Source: Planctomycetota bacterium
GTDB taxonomy: Bacteria; Planctomycetota; UBA1135
DNA: 64,000 nt
Assembly (NCBI GenBank): GCA_004295085.1
Contig: SHNF01000006.1
Span: 223,675-287,674 of the forward strand
Direction of reading: 5' to 3'
This document shows, one piece after another, positions 46,557 through 55,941 of this stretch. Position numbers and translations under genes: made by a program. The notes beneath the pieces are model-generated. The model did not search any database. It was not told the origin of the DNA and worked only from the letters and a program-made list of their open reading frames with translations. How positions within the stretch are numbered: the stretch's first letter is position 1; every line of letters starts with the position of its first letter.

Positions 46557-47576
46557 GTGACGCTGCACGCGCGGAGTGAGTCCACCAGCATGAGCACAGG
46601 AACCATCCTTGCCGCCGCGCTCATTGGCGCCCTGGCATGCACGACCGTCGCTCCTGCCGCCGACCCGCTGCCTGCATGGAACGACGGCAAGGCCAGGCAG
46701 TCCATCGTGGACTTCGTCGCGCGCGTGACCACGCCCGGCAAGGACTTCGTTCCGCCGGCGGAGCGCGTCGCCGTTTTCGACAACGACGGCACGCTGTGGG
46801 CCGAGCAGCCGCTGTACTTCCAGTTCCTCTTCGCCATCGACCGCGTCAAGGCCCTGGCGCCGCAGCATTCCGAGTGGAAGGACAAGGAGCCCTTCGCTGC
46901 GCTGCTCGGGGGCGACTCGAAGGCCGCGCTCGCGCAAGGGGAGCACGGCATCATGGAAATCGTGATGGCCACCCATTCTGGGATGACCAGCGACGAGTTC
47001 CAGAAGGTGGTCAAGGATTGGCTCGCGACCGCGAAGCATCCCAAGAGCGGCCGCCTCTACACTGAGATGGTCTACCAGCCGATGCTCGAGCTCCTGGCGT
47101 ACTTGCGCGCGAACGGCTTCAAGACCTTCATCGTCTCGGGCGGCGGCATCGAGTTCATGCGCGCCTTCGCCGAGCAGGTCTACGGCATCCCGCCGGAGCA
47201 GGTGATCGGGAGCAGCGGCAAGGTCAAGTTCGAGCTGCGCGGCGGCCGGCCGGTGCTGGTGAAGCTGCCCGAGGTGGACTTCATCGACGACAAGGAGGGC
47301 AAGCCCGTGGCCATCCAGATGCACATCGGCCGCCGCCCGATCCTTGCCTTCGGCAACTCCGACGGCGACCTGCCGATGCTGCAGTGGACGGCCGCCGGCG
47401 GCGGGGCGCGCTTCCTCGGCATCGTCCATCACACCGACGCCGGGCGCGAGTGGGCGTACGACCGCGCATCCTCCATCGGCCGCCTCGAGCTGGCGCTCGA
47501 CGAGGCGCAGGCGCAAGGCTGGACCGTCGTGGACATGGAGAAGGACTGGACGCGTGTCTTCCCCTTCGAGAAGTAG
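46557..47576 (+). CDS. HAD-superfamily hydrolase (HAD-IB-like), secreted
   Basis: Motif I FDNDGTLW and motif IV GNSDGD. Signal-like N-terminus. The GTG at 46557 has AGGAA upstream; the ATG at 46590 is an alternative. Confidence 0.8.
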   Translation: MTLHARSESTSMSTGTILAAALIGALACTTVAPAADPLPAWNDGKARQSIVDFVARVTTPGKDFVPPAERVAVFDNDGTLWAEQPLYFQFLFAIDRVKALAPQHSEWKDKEPFAALLGGDSKAALAQGEHGIMEIVMATHSGMTSDEFQKVVKDWLATAKHPKSGRLYTEMVYQPMLELLAYLRANGFKTFIVSGGGIEFMRAFAEQVYGIPPEQVIGSSGKVKFELRGGRPVLVKLPEVDFIDDKEGKPVAIQMHIGRRPILAFGNSDGDLPMLQWTAAGGGARFLGIVHHTDAGREWAYDRASSIGRLELALDEAQAQGWTVVDMEKDWTRVFPFEK

Positions 47577-48651
47577 GCGGGTCGTCGCATCCTGCGCGCT
47601 GGCCGTGGCCGCGCTGGCGGGCGCCGCCTGCAGCCGAGAGGAGGGAGGGACGGACGCGTTCGCGCCGACGGTTGCAAACTCAGCGCCGGCGCCCGGGCCG
47701 GTCCCCGACGGCATGGTGTGGATCCCCGGCGGCGAGTTCTCGATGGGGAGCGACGCGGCCTGCGACGGACTGTGCGCGCTGCCCGGTCTCACGCGTGACG
47801 CGCTGCCGGTCCATCGTGTCCGCGTGGACGGCTTCTGGATGGACGCGACGGAAGTGACGAACGGGCAGTACCGGAAGTTCGTCGAGGCGACCGGCTACGT
47901 CACGATCGCGGAGCAGACGCCCAGAGCCGAGGATTTCCCCGGCGCGCCGCCGGAGAACCTGGTGGCCGGCTCGACCGTGTTCACGCCGACGCCGGGCCCG
48001 GTGCCGCTGAACAATCATTACCAGTGGTGGCGCTACCAGAAGGGCGCCGACTGGCGCCAGCCGGAAGGGCCCGGCAGTGACCTCCGGGGACGCGAGCAGC
48101 ACCCGGTGGTCCACATCGCCTACGACGACGCCGTGGCATACGCGCGCTGGGCCGGCAAGCGGCTGCCCACCGAGGCCGAGTGGGAGTTCGCCGCGCGCGG
48201 CGGCCTCACCGGCAAGATCTACGCCTGGGGCGACGAATTCCGGCCCGGCGGCAAGGTCATGGCCAACACGTACCAAGGAGCGTTTCCGGTGCAGGACACG
48301 GGCGAGGACGGCTTCGCCGGCATCGCGCCGGTGGCGCAGTTCCCCGCCAATGCCTACGGGCTGTTCGACATGGCCGGCAACGCGTGGGAGTGGTGCAGCG
48401 ACTGGTACCGGCCCGACTATTACGCGCAGCTGGCGGCGGCGGGGGGCGCGGCGCGCAACCCGCAGGGTCCGGTTTCTTCCTTCGACCCGGCGGAGCCGAG
48501 CGAGCGCAAGCGCGTGCATCGCGGCGGCTCGTTCCTGTGCACCGACCAGTACTGCACGCGCTACATGGTCGGCACCCGCGGCAAGGGCGAGATCAGCACC
48601 GGCGCCAGCCACCTCGGCTTCCGCTGCGTGCTGGAAGCGGCAGCGAGGTAA
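47554..48651 (+). CDS. Formylglycine-generating enzyme (FGE / SUMF1 family)
   Basis: MVWIPGGEFSMGS, EVTNGQYRKFV, LPTEAEWEFAARGG, NAWEWCSDWY and RGGSFLC. The best start is the GTG at 47554, giving (M)SSPSRSRRVVASCALAVAALAGAAC. It overlaps the HAD gene end by 23 nt. Confidence 0.9.
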   Translation: MSSPSRSRRVVASCALAVAALAGAACSREEGGTDAFAPTVANSAPAPGPVPDGMVWIPGGEFSMGSDAACDGLCALPGLTRDALPVHRVRVDGFWMDATEVTNGQYRKFVEATGYVTIAEQTPRAEDFPGAPPENLVAGSTVFTPTPGPVPLNNHYQWWRYQKGADWRQPEGPGSDLRGREQHPVVHIAYDDAVAYARWAGKRLPTEAEWEFAARGGLTGKIYAWGDEFRPGGKVMANTYQGAFPVQDTGEDGFAGIAPVAQFPANAYGLFDMAGNAWEWCSDWYRPDYYAQLAAAGGAARNPQGPVSSFDPAEPSERKRVHRGGSFLCTDQYCTRYMVGTRGKGEISTGASHLGFRCVLEAAAR

Positions 48652-48657
48652 GCCGGA

Positions 48658-49467
48658 ATGTCCTGGCTCTATTCGAACCTCGCACTGGCAGCTGCCTTGC
48701 TGGTGGCCGCGCTGTTCGCCGGAATGCTGGCCCTGCTGGAGCTCGGGCGCCGGCTGGGCAAGCGCCGGCTCGCCCAGGATCCGGAAGGAGCGCGCGCCGG
48801 CCTGGGCGGCGTGGAGGGCGCGGTCTTCGGGCTGCTGGCCCTGCTGATTGCCTTCACATTCTCCGGAGCCGCGGGGCGCTTCGATACGCGACGCCGGTTG
48901 ATCGCCGAGGAAGCCAACGCCATCGGCACCGCCTGGTTGAGGCTCGACCTGCTGCCGGAAGGGCGGCAGCCGGCCATGCGCGAGCTGTTCCGCCGCTTCC
49001 TGGACGCGCGCCTGGAGATCTACCGCGCCCTGCCGGACGTCCGGGCGGCCGAGGAGGCGCTGGCGCGCGCGACGGCGCTGCAAGGGGAGATCTGGGACAG
49101 CGCCGTGGCCGCCGGAAACGAGGCGCCGCCGCAGGTCACGCTGCTGCTGCTGCCCGCGCTGAACGCCATGTTCGACGTCGCGACCTCGCGCCTGGCCGCG
49201 GTCCGCAGCCACCAACCCGTGGTCATCTTCGCGTTGTTGTTCGGGCTGGCCTTCGGCTGCTCCCTCCTGGCCGGATTCGGCATGGCGCCCGGCGCGGAGC
49301 GCAGCTGGCTGCACATGCTCGGATTCGCCGCCATCCTGGTCGTCAGCATCTATGCGATCCTGGACCTGGAATTCCCGCGGATGGGACTCATCCACGTGGA
49401 CGCCGCGGATCAGCTGCTGCTGGAACTGCGCCGCGGAATGGAAGCTAGCTCCGAGCCCGCTCGTTGA
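48658..49467 (+). CDS. Membrane protein, DUF4239 / bestrophin-like
   Basis: 269 aa. One N-terminal TM, RFDTRRRLIAEEANAIGTAWLRLDLL, then two C-terminal TMs. The family name is from memory. Confidence 0.65.
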   Translation: MSWLYSNLALAAALLVAALFAGMLALLELGRRLGKRRLAQDPEGARAGLGGVEGAVFGLLALLIAFTFSGAAGRFDTRRRLIAEEANAIGTAWLRLDLLPEGRQPAMRELFRRFLDARLEIYRALPDVRAAEEALARATALQGEIWDSAVAAGNEAPPQVTLLLLPALNAMFDVATSRLAAVRSHQPVVIFALLFGLAFGCSLLAGFGMAPGAERSWLHMLGFAAILVVSIYAILDLEFPRMGLIHVDAADQLLLELRRGMEASSEPAR

Positions 49468-49846
49468 GGGCGATCTGCGGCGGGTGGGCGATCTCCGGAG
49501 GCGGGACAGGCTGCCCGGCGGTGACGGCGCGCTGCAGCGGCTCGAAATAGTCCTCCATCATCTGCAGGAAGCCGACCACGTCGAGGTCCATGAAAACCGG
49601 CACGTAGGCGCTCAGGTACTTGCGCATGCTGCCGTAGAGCTTGCGCGCGCCGACGGTGTTGCCGCGCTCCCAGTGCAGGGTGGCGACGGCGGCCTGGATC
49701 AGGCCCTTGTAGAAGTTGGCCGAGGAGTCACCGACGTGCAGCCAGCGCGATTCCCACACCTCGTGCGCCTCGTAGTACTCGCGATGGTTGAACAGGCGGA
49801 TGCCTTCCAGGTACTCCGGTGGGTGGCGCGGCGCGCGCTCGCTCAC
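49445..49846 (-). CDS. DUF309 domain protein
   Basis: GIRLFNHREYYEAHEVWESRW..FYKGLIQAAVATLHWERGN is the DUF309 signature. The GTG start overlaps the upstream stop (GTGA). Confidence 0.7.
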   Translation of the reverse strand: MSERAPRHPPEYLEGIRLFNHREYYEAHEVWESRWLHVGDSSANFYKGLIQAAVATLHWERGNTVGARKLYGSMRKYLSAYVPVFMDLDVVGFLQMMEDYFEPLQRAVTAGQPVPPPEIAHPPQIALNERARS

Positions 49847-50700
49847 GGCTTGCCGCCGCCCTGGCCCTGCTGCAGCCCGCCCAGCGCGCTCTCCAGCGGG
49901 TCCTCGGCGTACGGGTCGGCCCACAGCGCGTCCCATTGCTCCGCCAGCTCCTCGGGGAGCTGCGGCGGGTTCTTGGCCATGGCGAAGCCCTTCTTGGCGT
50001 CGTTCCACCAGAGGATCCAGTCGCCGGGCTCGGTCCCGTGGTCGGCGCCGGCCAGGACCTGGAGCGAGAGGTGCAGGTCGTTCCAGAACGGGTTGCGCCC
50101 GCCGCGGCCGCCGGTGGCGGCCAGCATCGAAATCAACTCCTCCAGGGCGGCCTGCGTGCGGATCCGGCCGAGGGCGTGGATGCGGGCCTGCATCACCGGA
50201 GACTCCTTCTTGCCCGCGGCCTTGGAGTCCTCCGTGAGGATCGGCAGGGCCTTGGGATCGCCCTTCTGGCCCAGGGCGTAGAAGTAGGCCGCCTGCTGCT
50301 CCGGATCCTCCACGATGTGCCTGGACTTCTTGACGCGCAGCAGCGCGTCCAGGGCGCCGGGATGGGGGTTGTAGCGCAGGGCCTGGAGCGCGGCCGCGCG
50401 CAGCACCGGCTGCTTGTGCTCCAGCGCCGGCGCCACCGCCGCCACGACTTCCTTGGCGCCGCGATGGCCCAGCTCGTCCACGACCGCCGCCGCCGCATCC
50501 ACGTCCTCCTCCTTCAGCGCCGCGCTGATCTTCGCCGCCGCTTCCGCCGGGGTCAGCTCTTTCTTCTCCGGCGGCGGATCCTGGACCACGCAGCCGGCGC
50601 CCAGCAGCAGGGGAAGGAGGGACAGCAGCACGCCACCAGTCTGCCAGAATTCGGGCGTGGCCCGCTTTCCCGCTCCGGCCGACTTCGATGTCCTGATCAT
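49843..50700 (-). CDS. HEAT-repeat lipoprotein
   Basis: Lipobox LLLGAGC. Repeated HEAT/PBS-lyase-like helices (LGHRGAKEVVAAVAPAL, RAAALQALRY, ARIHALGRIRT). Confidence 0.65.
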   Translation of the reverse strand: MIRTSKSAGAGKRATPEFWQTGGVLLSLLPLLLGAGCVVQDPPPEKKELTPAEAAAKISAALKEEDVDAAAAVVDELGHRGAKEVVAAVAPALEHKQPVLRAAALQALRYNPHPGALDALLRVKKSRHIVEDPEQQAAYFYALGQKGDPKALPILTEDSKAAGKKESPVMQARIHALGRIRTQAALEELISMLAATGGRGGRNPFWNDLHLSLQVLAGADHGTEPGDWILWWNDAKKGFAMAKNPPQLPEELAEQWDALWADPYAEDPLESALGGLQQGQGGGKP

Positions 50701-51805
50701 CGGCGGCGGGCTGGCCGGAGTCGGCGCCGCCTGGTTCCTGCTGGAGGAAGGCGTTGCGCCGGCGCGCCTCGGCCTGCTGGAGGCAGCCGGGATCGGCGGG
50801 AGCAGCGATGATGGCTTGCTGCTGGAGCTGGCAGAGCCTTACCAGCGCCTGCGCCACGCGCTGGGAGAGAAGGCGCCGCGGCTGCGCCGCCTGGCGCGGC
50901 GCAATCGCGAGTCCCTGCGCGCGCTGGCGGTGATGCTGCGCTTGGAATGGGACGAGCGCCGCGGCGGCGCGCTGCAGCTCGCCGCCAGCGCGCACGAGGA
51001 AGCCGAGCTGCGCGCCAGCGCCGCCGCCCTGGAGCGCGACGGCCTGGCGCTGGCGTTCCTGGAGGCGCCGGAGGCCGCGCGCGCGCTGGGCGCGGCGCAC
51101 GACTGCGGCGGCCTGTTCGATCCCGAGGGCGGCTGCGGCGACCTGCGCGCCTGGGCGCGCGGCCTGGCCGGCGTGCTCGCGGCGCGTGGCGTGCACGTCC
51201 AGGAGCGCTGTCCCGCGACGGCACTGCACGCCGGCGCGGCCGGCGTGGAGGTGGCGACACCGGCGGGCGTCGCGCGCGCGCAGCGCGTGATCCTGGCCTG
51301 CGGCGCCGGCGCGCCCGCCCTGGATCCCGGCCTGTCGGAGCTGGTGGCGCCGGCGCGCGCGCAGGAGCTCGTGTTCCCGCCGCTGCGCGAGCGCCTGCTC
51401 GCGCCCTACGTCAGCCGCAACCACGGCGCCGGGCGCCTGCACCAGGACGGCGCCGGGCGCCTGCACTGCGCCGGCCTGCGCCACCTGGACTTCGACGCGG
51501 AAGCCGGCGCGGAGCCCCGGCTCAACCCGCGCATCCAGTCCGGACTGGAGCGGCTGGCGCGTTCCTTCTATCCGCAGCTCGCGTCCCTGGAGCCGGAGCT
51601 GCGTCTGGCCCGCGCCCGCGGCCACTCCTGCGACGGCCTGCCGCTCGCCGGACGCCATCCCGCGCGCGAGGGCGTGCTCCTGTGCCTCGGCTTCGGCGAT
51701 GCCGCGGCGGTGCTGGCGCTGGAGGCGGCGCGCATCGTCGCCGCCCTGGTCGTGCACGGCCGCGCCCCGGACGCCGACCTGATGAGCCCGTGGCGGATGC
51801 TCTAA
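50657..51805 (+). CDS. FAD-dependent oxidoreductase (DAO / glycine oxidase-like)
   Basis: Dinucleotide fold FDVLIIGGGLAGVGAAW close to the GTG start at 50657. The start overlaps the divergent HEAT gene start by 44 nt. Confidence 0.75.
   Translation: MARFPAPADFDVLIIGGGLAGVGAAWFLLEEGVAPARLGLLEAAGIGGSSDDGLLLELAEPYQRLRHALGEKAPRLRRLARRNRESLRALAVMLRLEWDERRGGALQLAASAHEEAELRASAAALERDGLALAFLEAPEAARALGAAHDCGGLFDPEGGCGDLRAWARGLAGVLAARGVHVQERCPATALHAGAAGVEVATPAGVARAQRVILACGAGAPALDPGLSELVAPARAQELVFPPLRERLLAPYVSRNHGAGRLHQDGAGRLHCAGLRHLDFDAEAGAEPRLNPRIQSGLERLARSFYPQLASLEPELRLARARGHSCDGLPLAGRHPAREGVLLCLGFGDAAAVLALEAARIVAALVVHGRAPDADLMSPWRML
51425..51466 (+). repeat. In-frame tandem duplication inside the FAD oxidoreductase gene (18/18 identical bases repeated at a 24-nt period)
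   Basis: ggcgccgggcgcctgcac occurs at 51425-51442 and again at 51449-51466. This encodes GAGRLHQD / GAGRLHCA. Confidence 0.85.
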
Positions 51806-52947
51806 CGCGCCGGCGCGCCGCAGCGCTCCTCGATGCGGCGGCGGAAGCGGCGGAACAGGTGATTGCTGTCGTGCGGCCCGGGCGCGGCCTCGGGGTGGTA
51901 CTGCACCGAGAACACCGGCAGGCGCACGTGCTCCAGGCCCTCGACCGCGCCGTCGTTGCAGTTCCAGTGGGTGACCACCAGCCCCGTTCCCTCCAGCGAG
52001 TCCGGATCCACCATGAACGAGTGGTTCTGCGCGGTGATGTCGATCCGGCCGCTGCGGCGCTCGATCACCGGGTGGTTGGCGCCATGGTGCCCGAACTTCA
52101 TCTTGACCGTGCGCCCGCCGAAGGCGTGCCCGATGATCTGATGGCCCAGGCAGATGCCCAGGATCGGCACCTCCGCCGCCGCGATCTCGGCCACCGCCGC
52201 GTGCGCGTAGCTCAGGGCGGCCGGATCGCCCGGCCCGTTGCTCAAGAACACGCCCGCCGGGCGCAGCGCCAGGGCCTCGCGCGCCGGGAAGCGCGCCGGC
52301 ACCACGACGGGCGCGAAGCCCGAGGTCACCAGGCAGCGCAGGATGTTGCGCTTGATCCCGAAGTCGTAGCAGACCAGCGGCAGCGCCCCGGAGGCCGCAG
52401 CGCAGCCGAGCTCCGGGGAGGGGAACGCGCAGGGAAGGCCCTCGCTCCAGCGGTACGGCTCCTGGCAGCTCACCTCCGCCACCAGATCGCGACCCTCCAG
52501 CGGCGGGTGCCGGCGCGCCCGCGCCGCCAGCTCCGCCGCATCCAGGCACTCCGTGCTCAGGATCGCCCGCAGCGCCCCCTGCTCGCGCAGCTTCAGGGTC
52601 AGGTCGCGGGTGTCGATGCCCTGGATGGCCGGCACGCCGCGCTGCTCCAGGTACTCGCGCAGCGACGTGCGCGCGCGGTAGTTCGAGGGCCGCGCCGCAA
52701 GCTGGCGCACGATGAACATCTCGGCCCAGCAGCGCCCGCTCTCGTCGTCCTCCGGATTGACACCGTAGTTGCCGATCTGGGGATACGTCATCACCACGCC
52801 CTGGCCGCAGTAGCTGGGATCCGTCAGGATCTCCTGGTACCCGGTCATGGCGGTGTTGAAAACCAGCTCGCCGCCGCGCTCCCCGGGCGCGCCGCAGGCG
52901 TCGCCGAAGTACGCGGTGCCGTCCTCCAGCACCAGGGCCGCATCCAC
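51802..52947 (-). CDS. carA: Carbamoyl-phosphate synthase small (glutaminase) subunit
   Basis: VFNTAMTGYQEILTDPSY, GICLGHQ (catalytic Cys) and QYHPEA. Confidence 0.92.
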   Translation of the reverse strand: MDAALVLEDGTAYFGDACGAPGERGGELVFNTAMTGYQEILTDPSYCGQGVVMTYPQIGNYGVNPEDDESGRCWAEMFIVRQLAARPSNYRARTSLREYLEQRGVPAIQGIDTRDLTLKLREQGALRAILSTECLDAAELAARARRHPPLEGRDLVAEVSCQEPYRWSEGLPCAFPSPELGCAAASGALPLVCYDFGIKRNILRCLVTSGFAPVVVPARFPAREALALRPAGVFLSNGPGDPAALSYAHAAVAEIAAAEVPILGICLGHQIIGHAFGGRTVKMKFGHHGANHPVIERRSGRIDITAQNHSFMVDPDSLEGTGLVVTHWNCNDGAVEGLEHVRLPVFSVQYHPEAAPGPHDSNHLFRRFRRRIEERCGAPAR

Positions 52948-52974
52948 GCTGCCGCCGATTCTATCGGCCCGCGA

Positions 52975-54102
52975 TCAGGAGTTCGCGGCCTTCTGCTGCT
53001 CCGCGTACCAGCGCAGCCAGTCCTCTTCCTTGGGCCCCGGGTTGGCGCCGCTCAGGCGCCGCAGCGAGTGCATGACGGTGCGCGTGATCGTGGTCGAGAT
53101 CACCCGCACTTCCAGCATCGTCCCCTCCTGGATGACGCTCACCACCGGGTCGGCGATGGCGGCGGCCTGCGCCACTTCCACGTCCACGTCGCCCACGATC
53201 GAGATCTGGCGCCCGATATAGATGTAGCCGCCGGCGGGCCGCGCATCCGAGGCCGCGAGCGCGTAGATCAATCCCGGGATCGTCCCGGCGTTGCCGAAGC
53301 TGCCCAGGTGCTCGGCCGCGTGGACCCGTTCTGCCTCGCCCTTGCCGCGCCACAGCGCCACGGTCCAGCGACCCAGCGCCTGGTTCAGGTCCACGCCGGC
53401 CACGGCCTGGGCGCTGGCGCTGCGGCAGGCCGGCGACGCGTCGGCCAGGCTGGCTTCCACCAGCGGCAGCACCATGTCGCGCTCGCCCTGGCGCGCGGCC
53501 ACGGCGGCCGCGGCGCGGCGCAGTCCCGGCTGGCCGGAGCGCAGGCCGCGGCGCAGGTCCACCAGGCCGACGCGCTGGTGCGCCAGGCCACCAGACCCGC
53601 GCACCTCCACCAGCAGCCTGCCGGTCAGGAGCGCCGCGCGCACCGCGTCCGCCTTCCCCAGCTCGGTCCACATCCAATCCACGCGCTTCTCCATGTCCAC
53701 CTTGGCCGGTACCGGGTCGAAGGCGCCGCCCCAGCACTCCAACTCGGCCAGCAACGGGGCTTCATCCTCCGGCTCCGGCGTCGCCAGGGCCGCGCTCGCG
53801 GCCTGCGCGATCTCGCTCACCAGGCCGCGCTCGCTGGCGCGCGCCAGCCAGGCCGCCGGATCGGCGGCGCGGACCTCGCGCAGCATGGCCGCTTCCCTGC
53901 CTGCGTCCCTGACCTCGGCCACCGGGTCCACGGCGTCGCTGTAGCGCCCGAACGGCGTGACGAAGGCCGTGGCCCCGGGCTTCACCTCCGGCCCGCACTC
54001 CACGTGCTTGCCCGAGCGCAGCACGGCCACGGGCAGCTTCCCGCTGGCAACCTGGGACTCCTGGACGGACGCGACCAGCAACACGGCGACGGCGAGGGGC
54101 AT
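52975..54102 (-). CDS. Secreted hypothetical protein with HEAT-like helices
   Basis: The ATG at 54102 has AGGAGG 8 nt upstream. Signal MPLAVAVLLVASV. No family recognised. Confidence 0.55.
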   Translation of the reverse strand: MPLAVAVLLVASVQESQVASGKLPVAVLRSGKHVECGPEVKPGATAFVTPFGRYSDAVDPVAEVRDAGREAAMLREVRAADPAAWLARASERGLVSEIAQAASAALATPEPEDEAPLLAELECWGGAFDPVPAKVDMEKRVDWMWTELGKADAVRAALLTGRLLVEVRGSGGLAHQRVGLVDLRRGLRSGQPGLRRAAAAVAARQGERDMVLPLVEASLADASPACRSASAQAVAGVDLNQALGRWTVALWRGKGEAERVHAAEHLGSFGNAGTIPGLIYALAASDARPAGGYIYIGRQISIVGDVDVEVAQAAAIADPVVSVIQEGTMLEVRVISTTITRTVMHSLRRLSGANPGPKEEDWLRWYAEQQKAANS

Positions 54103-54110
54103 GCGCGCTA

Positions 54111-54116
54111 CCTCCT
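54111..54116 (-). promoter_or_regulatory. Shine-Dalgarno AGGAGG, 8 nt upstream of the ATG at 54102
   Basis: The reverse complement of cctcct at 54111-54116 is AGGAGG. Confidence 0.7.
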
Positions 54117-54280
54117 GTCCCAAAGCCTACCGCACGGAGGCCCACCCGCCACAGTGGCATGTCACCGCGGCCGCCCCGCAGTCCCGTGCGCAAGGACTGC
54201 CGGCTGAGCGGTTGCGCACGGGAACAGCTCCCATGCCACCCGCCTAAACTCCTTTCAGCGCAACGCGACCGAGGCGCACG

Positions 54281-54685
54281 ATGCCCAAGACCGGCCTTTT
54301 GGTGAAGAAGATGCGGGAGATCTGTCTGGCGCTGCCGGACACGAAACTGACGATGACCTGGGGCAAGCCGCACTTCCGCGTCGGCGACAAGATCTTCGCC
54401 GGTTGCGGGGAGGAGGACGGCCGCAGCGTGATCGGCTTCAAGCTGGAGATGGAGCACGCGGCTGCGCTGGTCCGCGACGATCCGCGTTTCTCCCGCGCGC
54501 CCTACGTCGGTCACAAGGGCTGGGTATCCATGGACGCGTCGCAGGTGCAAGACTGGGACGAGGTTGCGGTCCTGGTCCTGGAGAGCTACCGCCTCATCGC
54601 CCCGAAGAAGGCGCTGGCCAGGATGGGTGGTGCTGCAGCGCCCGTGAAGTCCTCCGCGAAGCGCAAGAGGACGGGGGAGGCGTGA
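54281..54685 (+). CDS. MmcQ/YjbR-family protein
   Basis: 134 aa. LALPDT..TWGKPHFRVGDKIFA.. and YVGHKGWV are typical of YjbR-like proteins. Confidence 0.75.
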   Translation: MPKTGLLVKKMREICLALPDTKLTMTWGKPHFRVGDKIFAGCGEEDGRSVIGFKLEMEHAAALVRDDPRFSRAPYVGHKGWVSMDASQVQDWDEVAVLVLESYRLIAPKKALARMGGAAAPVKSSAKRKRTGEA

Positions 54686-54701
54686 GGGGCTGCCCACGAC
54701 C

Positions 54702-55079
54702 ATGGTTACCCAGGCTTGGATCGCGGCATGGCGCCGGCTCTTCACGGACGAATGGCGTGCGTTCGTGCTGTTCGCTCACGGCACCTGCGTCGCCTTGAAG
54801 GAGCCGGGACAGGATCCGGCGCGGCAGGCAGCGGTGGAGCTGGCCGAGTGGGGGCCGGTGCGCGGCGGCTCACCGGCCGGCGACATGCTCGTCACGCGAC
54901 TGGGAGACGGCACGGGCTGGGTGGTTGCCTGCCACCGCGAGGGAGTGCTCGGTTTCGTGGCGGCGGACGAAGTGGAGCCGGCGGCCTCGAACGACCTGAA
55001 GGCCGGGCTCCTTGCGCGCGAGAGGCGGCACCGGGATGCGCACGAGCTCAAGGTCATTCACGTCGAGGCGCCGGACTAG
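54702..55079 (+). CDS. Hypothetical protein (125 aa)
   Basis: ATG start 17 nt after the YjbR stop. Protein-like composition and GC3 bias. No family recognised. Confidence 0.45.
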   Translation: MVTQAWIAAWRRLFTDEWRAFVLFAHGTCVALKEPGQDPARQAAVELAEWGPVRGGSPAGDMLVTRLGDGTGWVVACHREGVLGFVAADEVEPAASNDLKAGLLARERRHRDAHELKVIHVEAPD

Positions 55080-55184
55080 GGGTTCGGCCATGCGCTTTCG
55101 CCTGCTCGGGTCCGAATCTGCCGTCGGCCCGTCGTGGGCCTCCAGATGTTCGGCCCTTGGAAACGGAATCGACGCTTTGGCGCC

Positions 55185-55940
55185 TCAGCGGGCGGCGGCG
55201 CGGGCGATGCGGGCGGCGATCAGGCCGGCGCCGAAGCCGTTGTCGATGTTGACCACGGCCACGCCGGGCGCGCAGGAGTTGAGCATGGCCAGCAGCGCGG
55301 CCAGCCCGCCGTAGCTGGCGCCGTAGCCGACGCTGGTGGGCACCGCGATCACGGGCGCGCTCACCAGGCCGCCGACGGCGCTGGGGAGCGCACCCTCCAT
55401 GCCGGCGCAGACCACCAGGGCGTCGGCCTTGCGCAGGGCCTCGAGGCGGGAGAGCAGGCGGTGCAGTCCGGCGACGCCGACGTCGGTGACGCGCACCACG
55501 GCGGCGTCCAGCATCTCGGCGGTGACCGCGGCCTCGTCGGCGACGGGCAGGTCGCTGGTGCCGGCGGCGATGACGCACACGCTGCCGGAAGGCGCGGTGG
55601 CGGCGCCGTTGCGCCAGATGATGCAGCGGGCGGGCTGGCGGTACGCGGCGGCGGGGAGCAGCGCGCGCACGGCGGCGTAATGGTCGGGTGCGGCGCGGGT
55701 GATGAGGACGCGATCGTGGGCGCAGGCGAGCGCCGCCGCCGCTTCGGCCACCTGCTGCGGCGTCTTGCCGGCGGCGTAGACGGCCTCGGGGAAGCCGGTG
55801 CGCAGCTCGCGGTGCGTGTCCAGGGTGGCGGAGGCGCTGGCGTGGAACGGCAGCGCGGACAGGCGCTCCAGCGCGGCGGCGACGTCCAGCTCGCCGCGCT
55901 CGACCTGCTCGAGGAGTTGGCGCAGGCGGGCGCGGTCCAT
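55185..55940 (-). CDS. larB: LarB-like nickel-pincer cofactor biosynthesis protein (PurE-related carboxylase/hydrolase)
   Basis: VIAAGTSDLPVADEA, ALVVCAGMEGALPS and VIAVPTSVGYG, with the extra N-terminal domain typical of LarB. Confidence 0.85.
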   Translation of the reverse strand: MDRARLRQLLEQVERGELDVAAALERLSALPFHASASATLDTHRELRTGFPEAVYAAGKTPQQVAEAAAALACAHDRVLITRAAPDHYAAVRALLPAAAYRQPARCIIWRNGAATAPSGSVCVIAAGTSDLPVADEAAVTAEMLDAAVVRVTDVGVAGLHRLLSRLEALRKADALVVCAGMEGALPSAVGGLVSAPVIAVPTSVGYGASYGGLAALLAMLNSCAPGVAVVNIDNGFGAGLIAARIARAAAR

Positions 55941-55941
55941 G

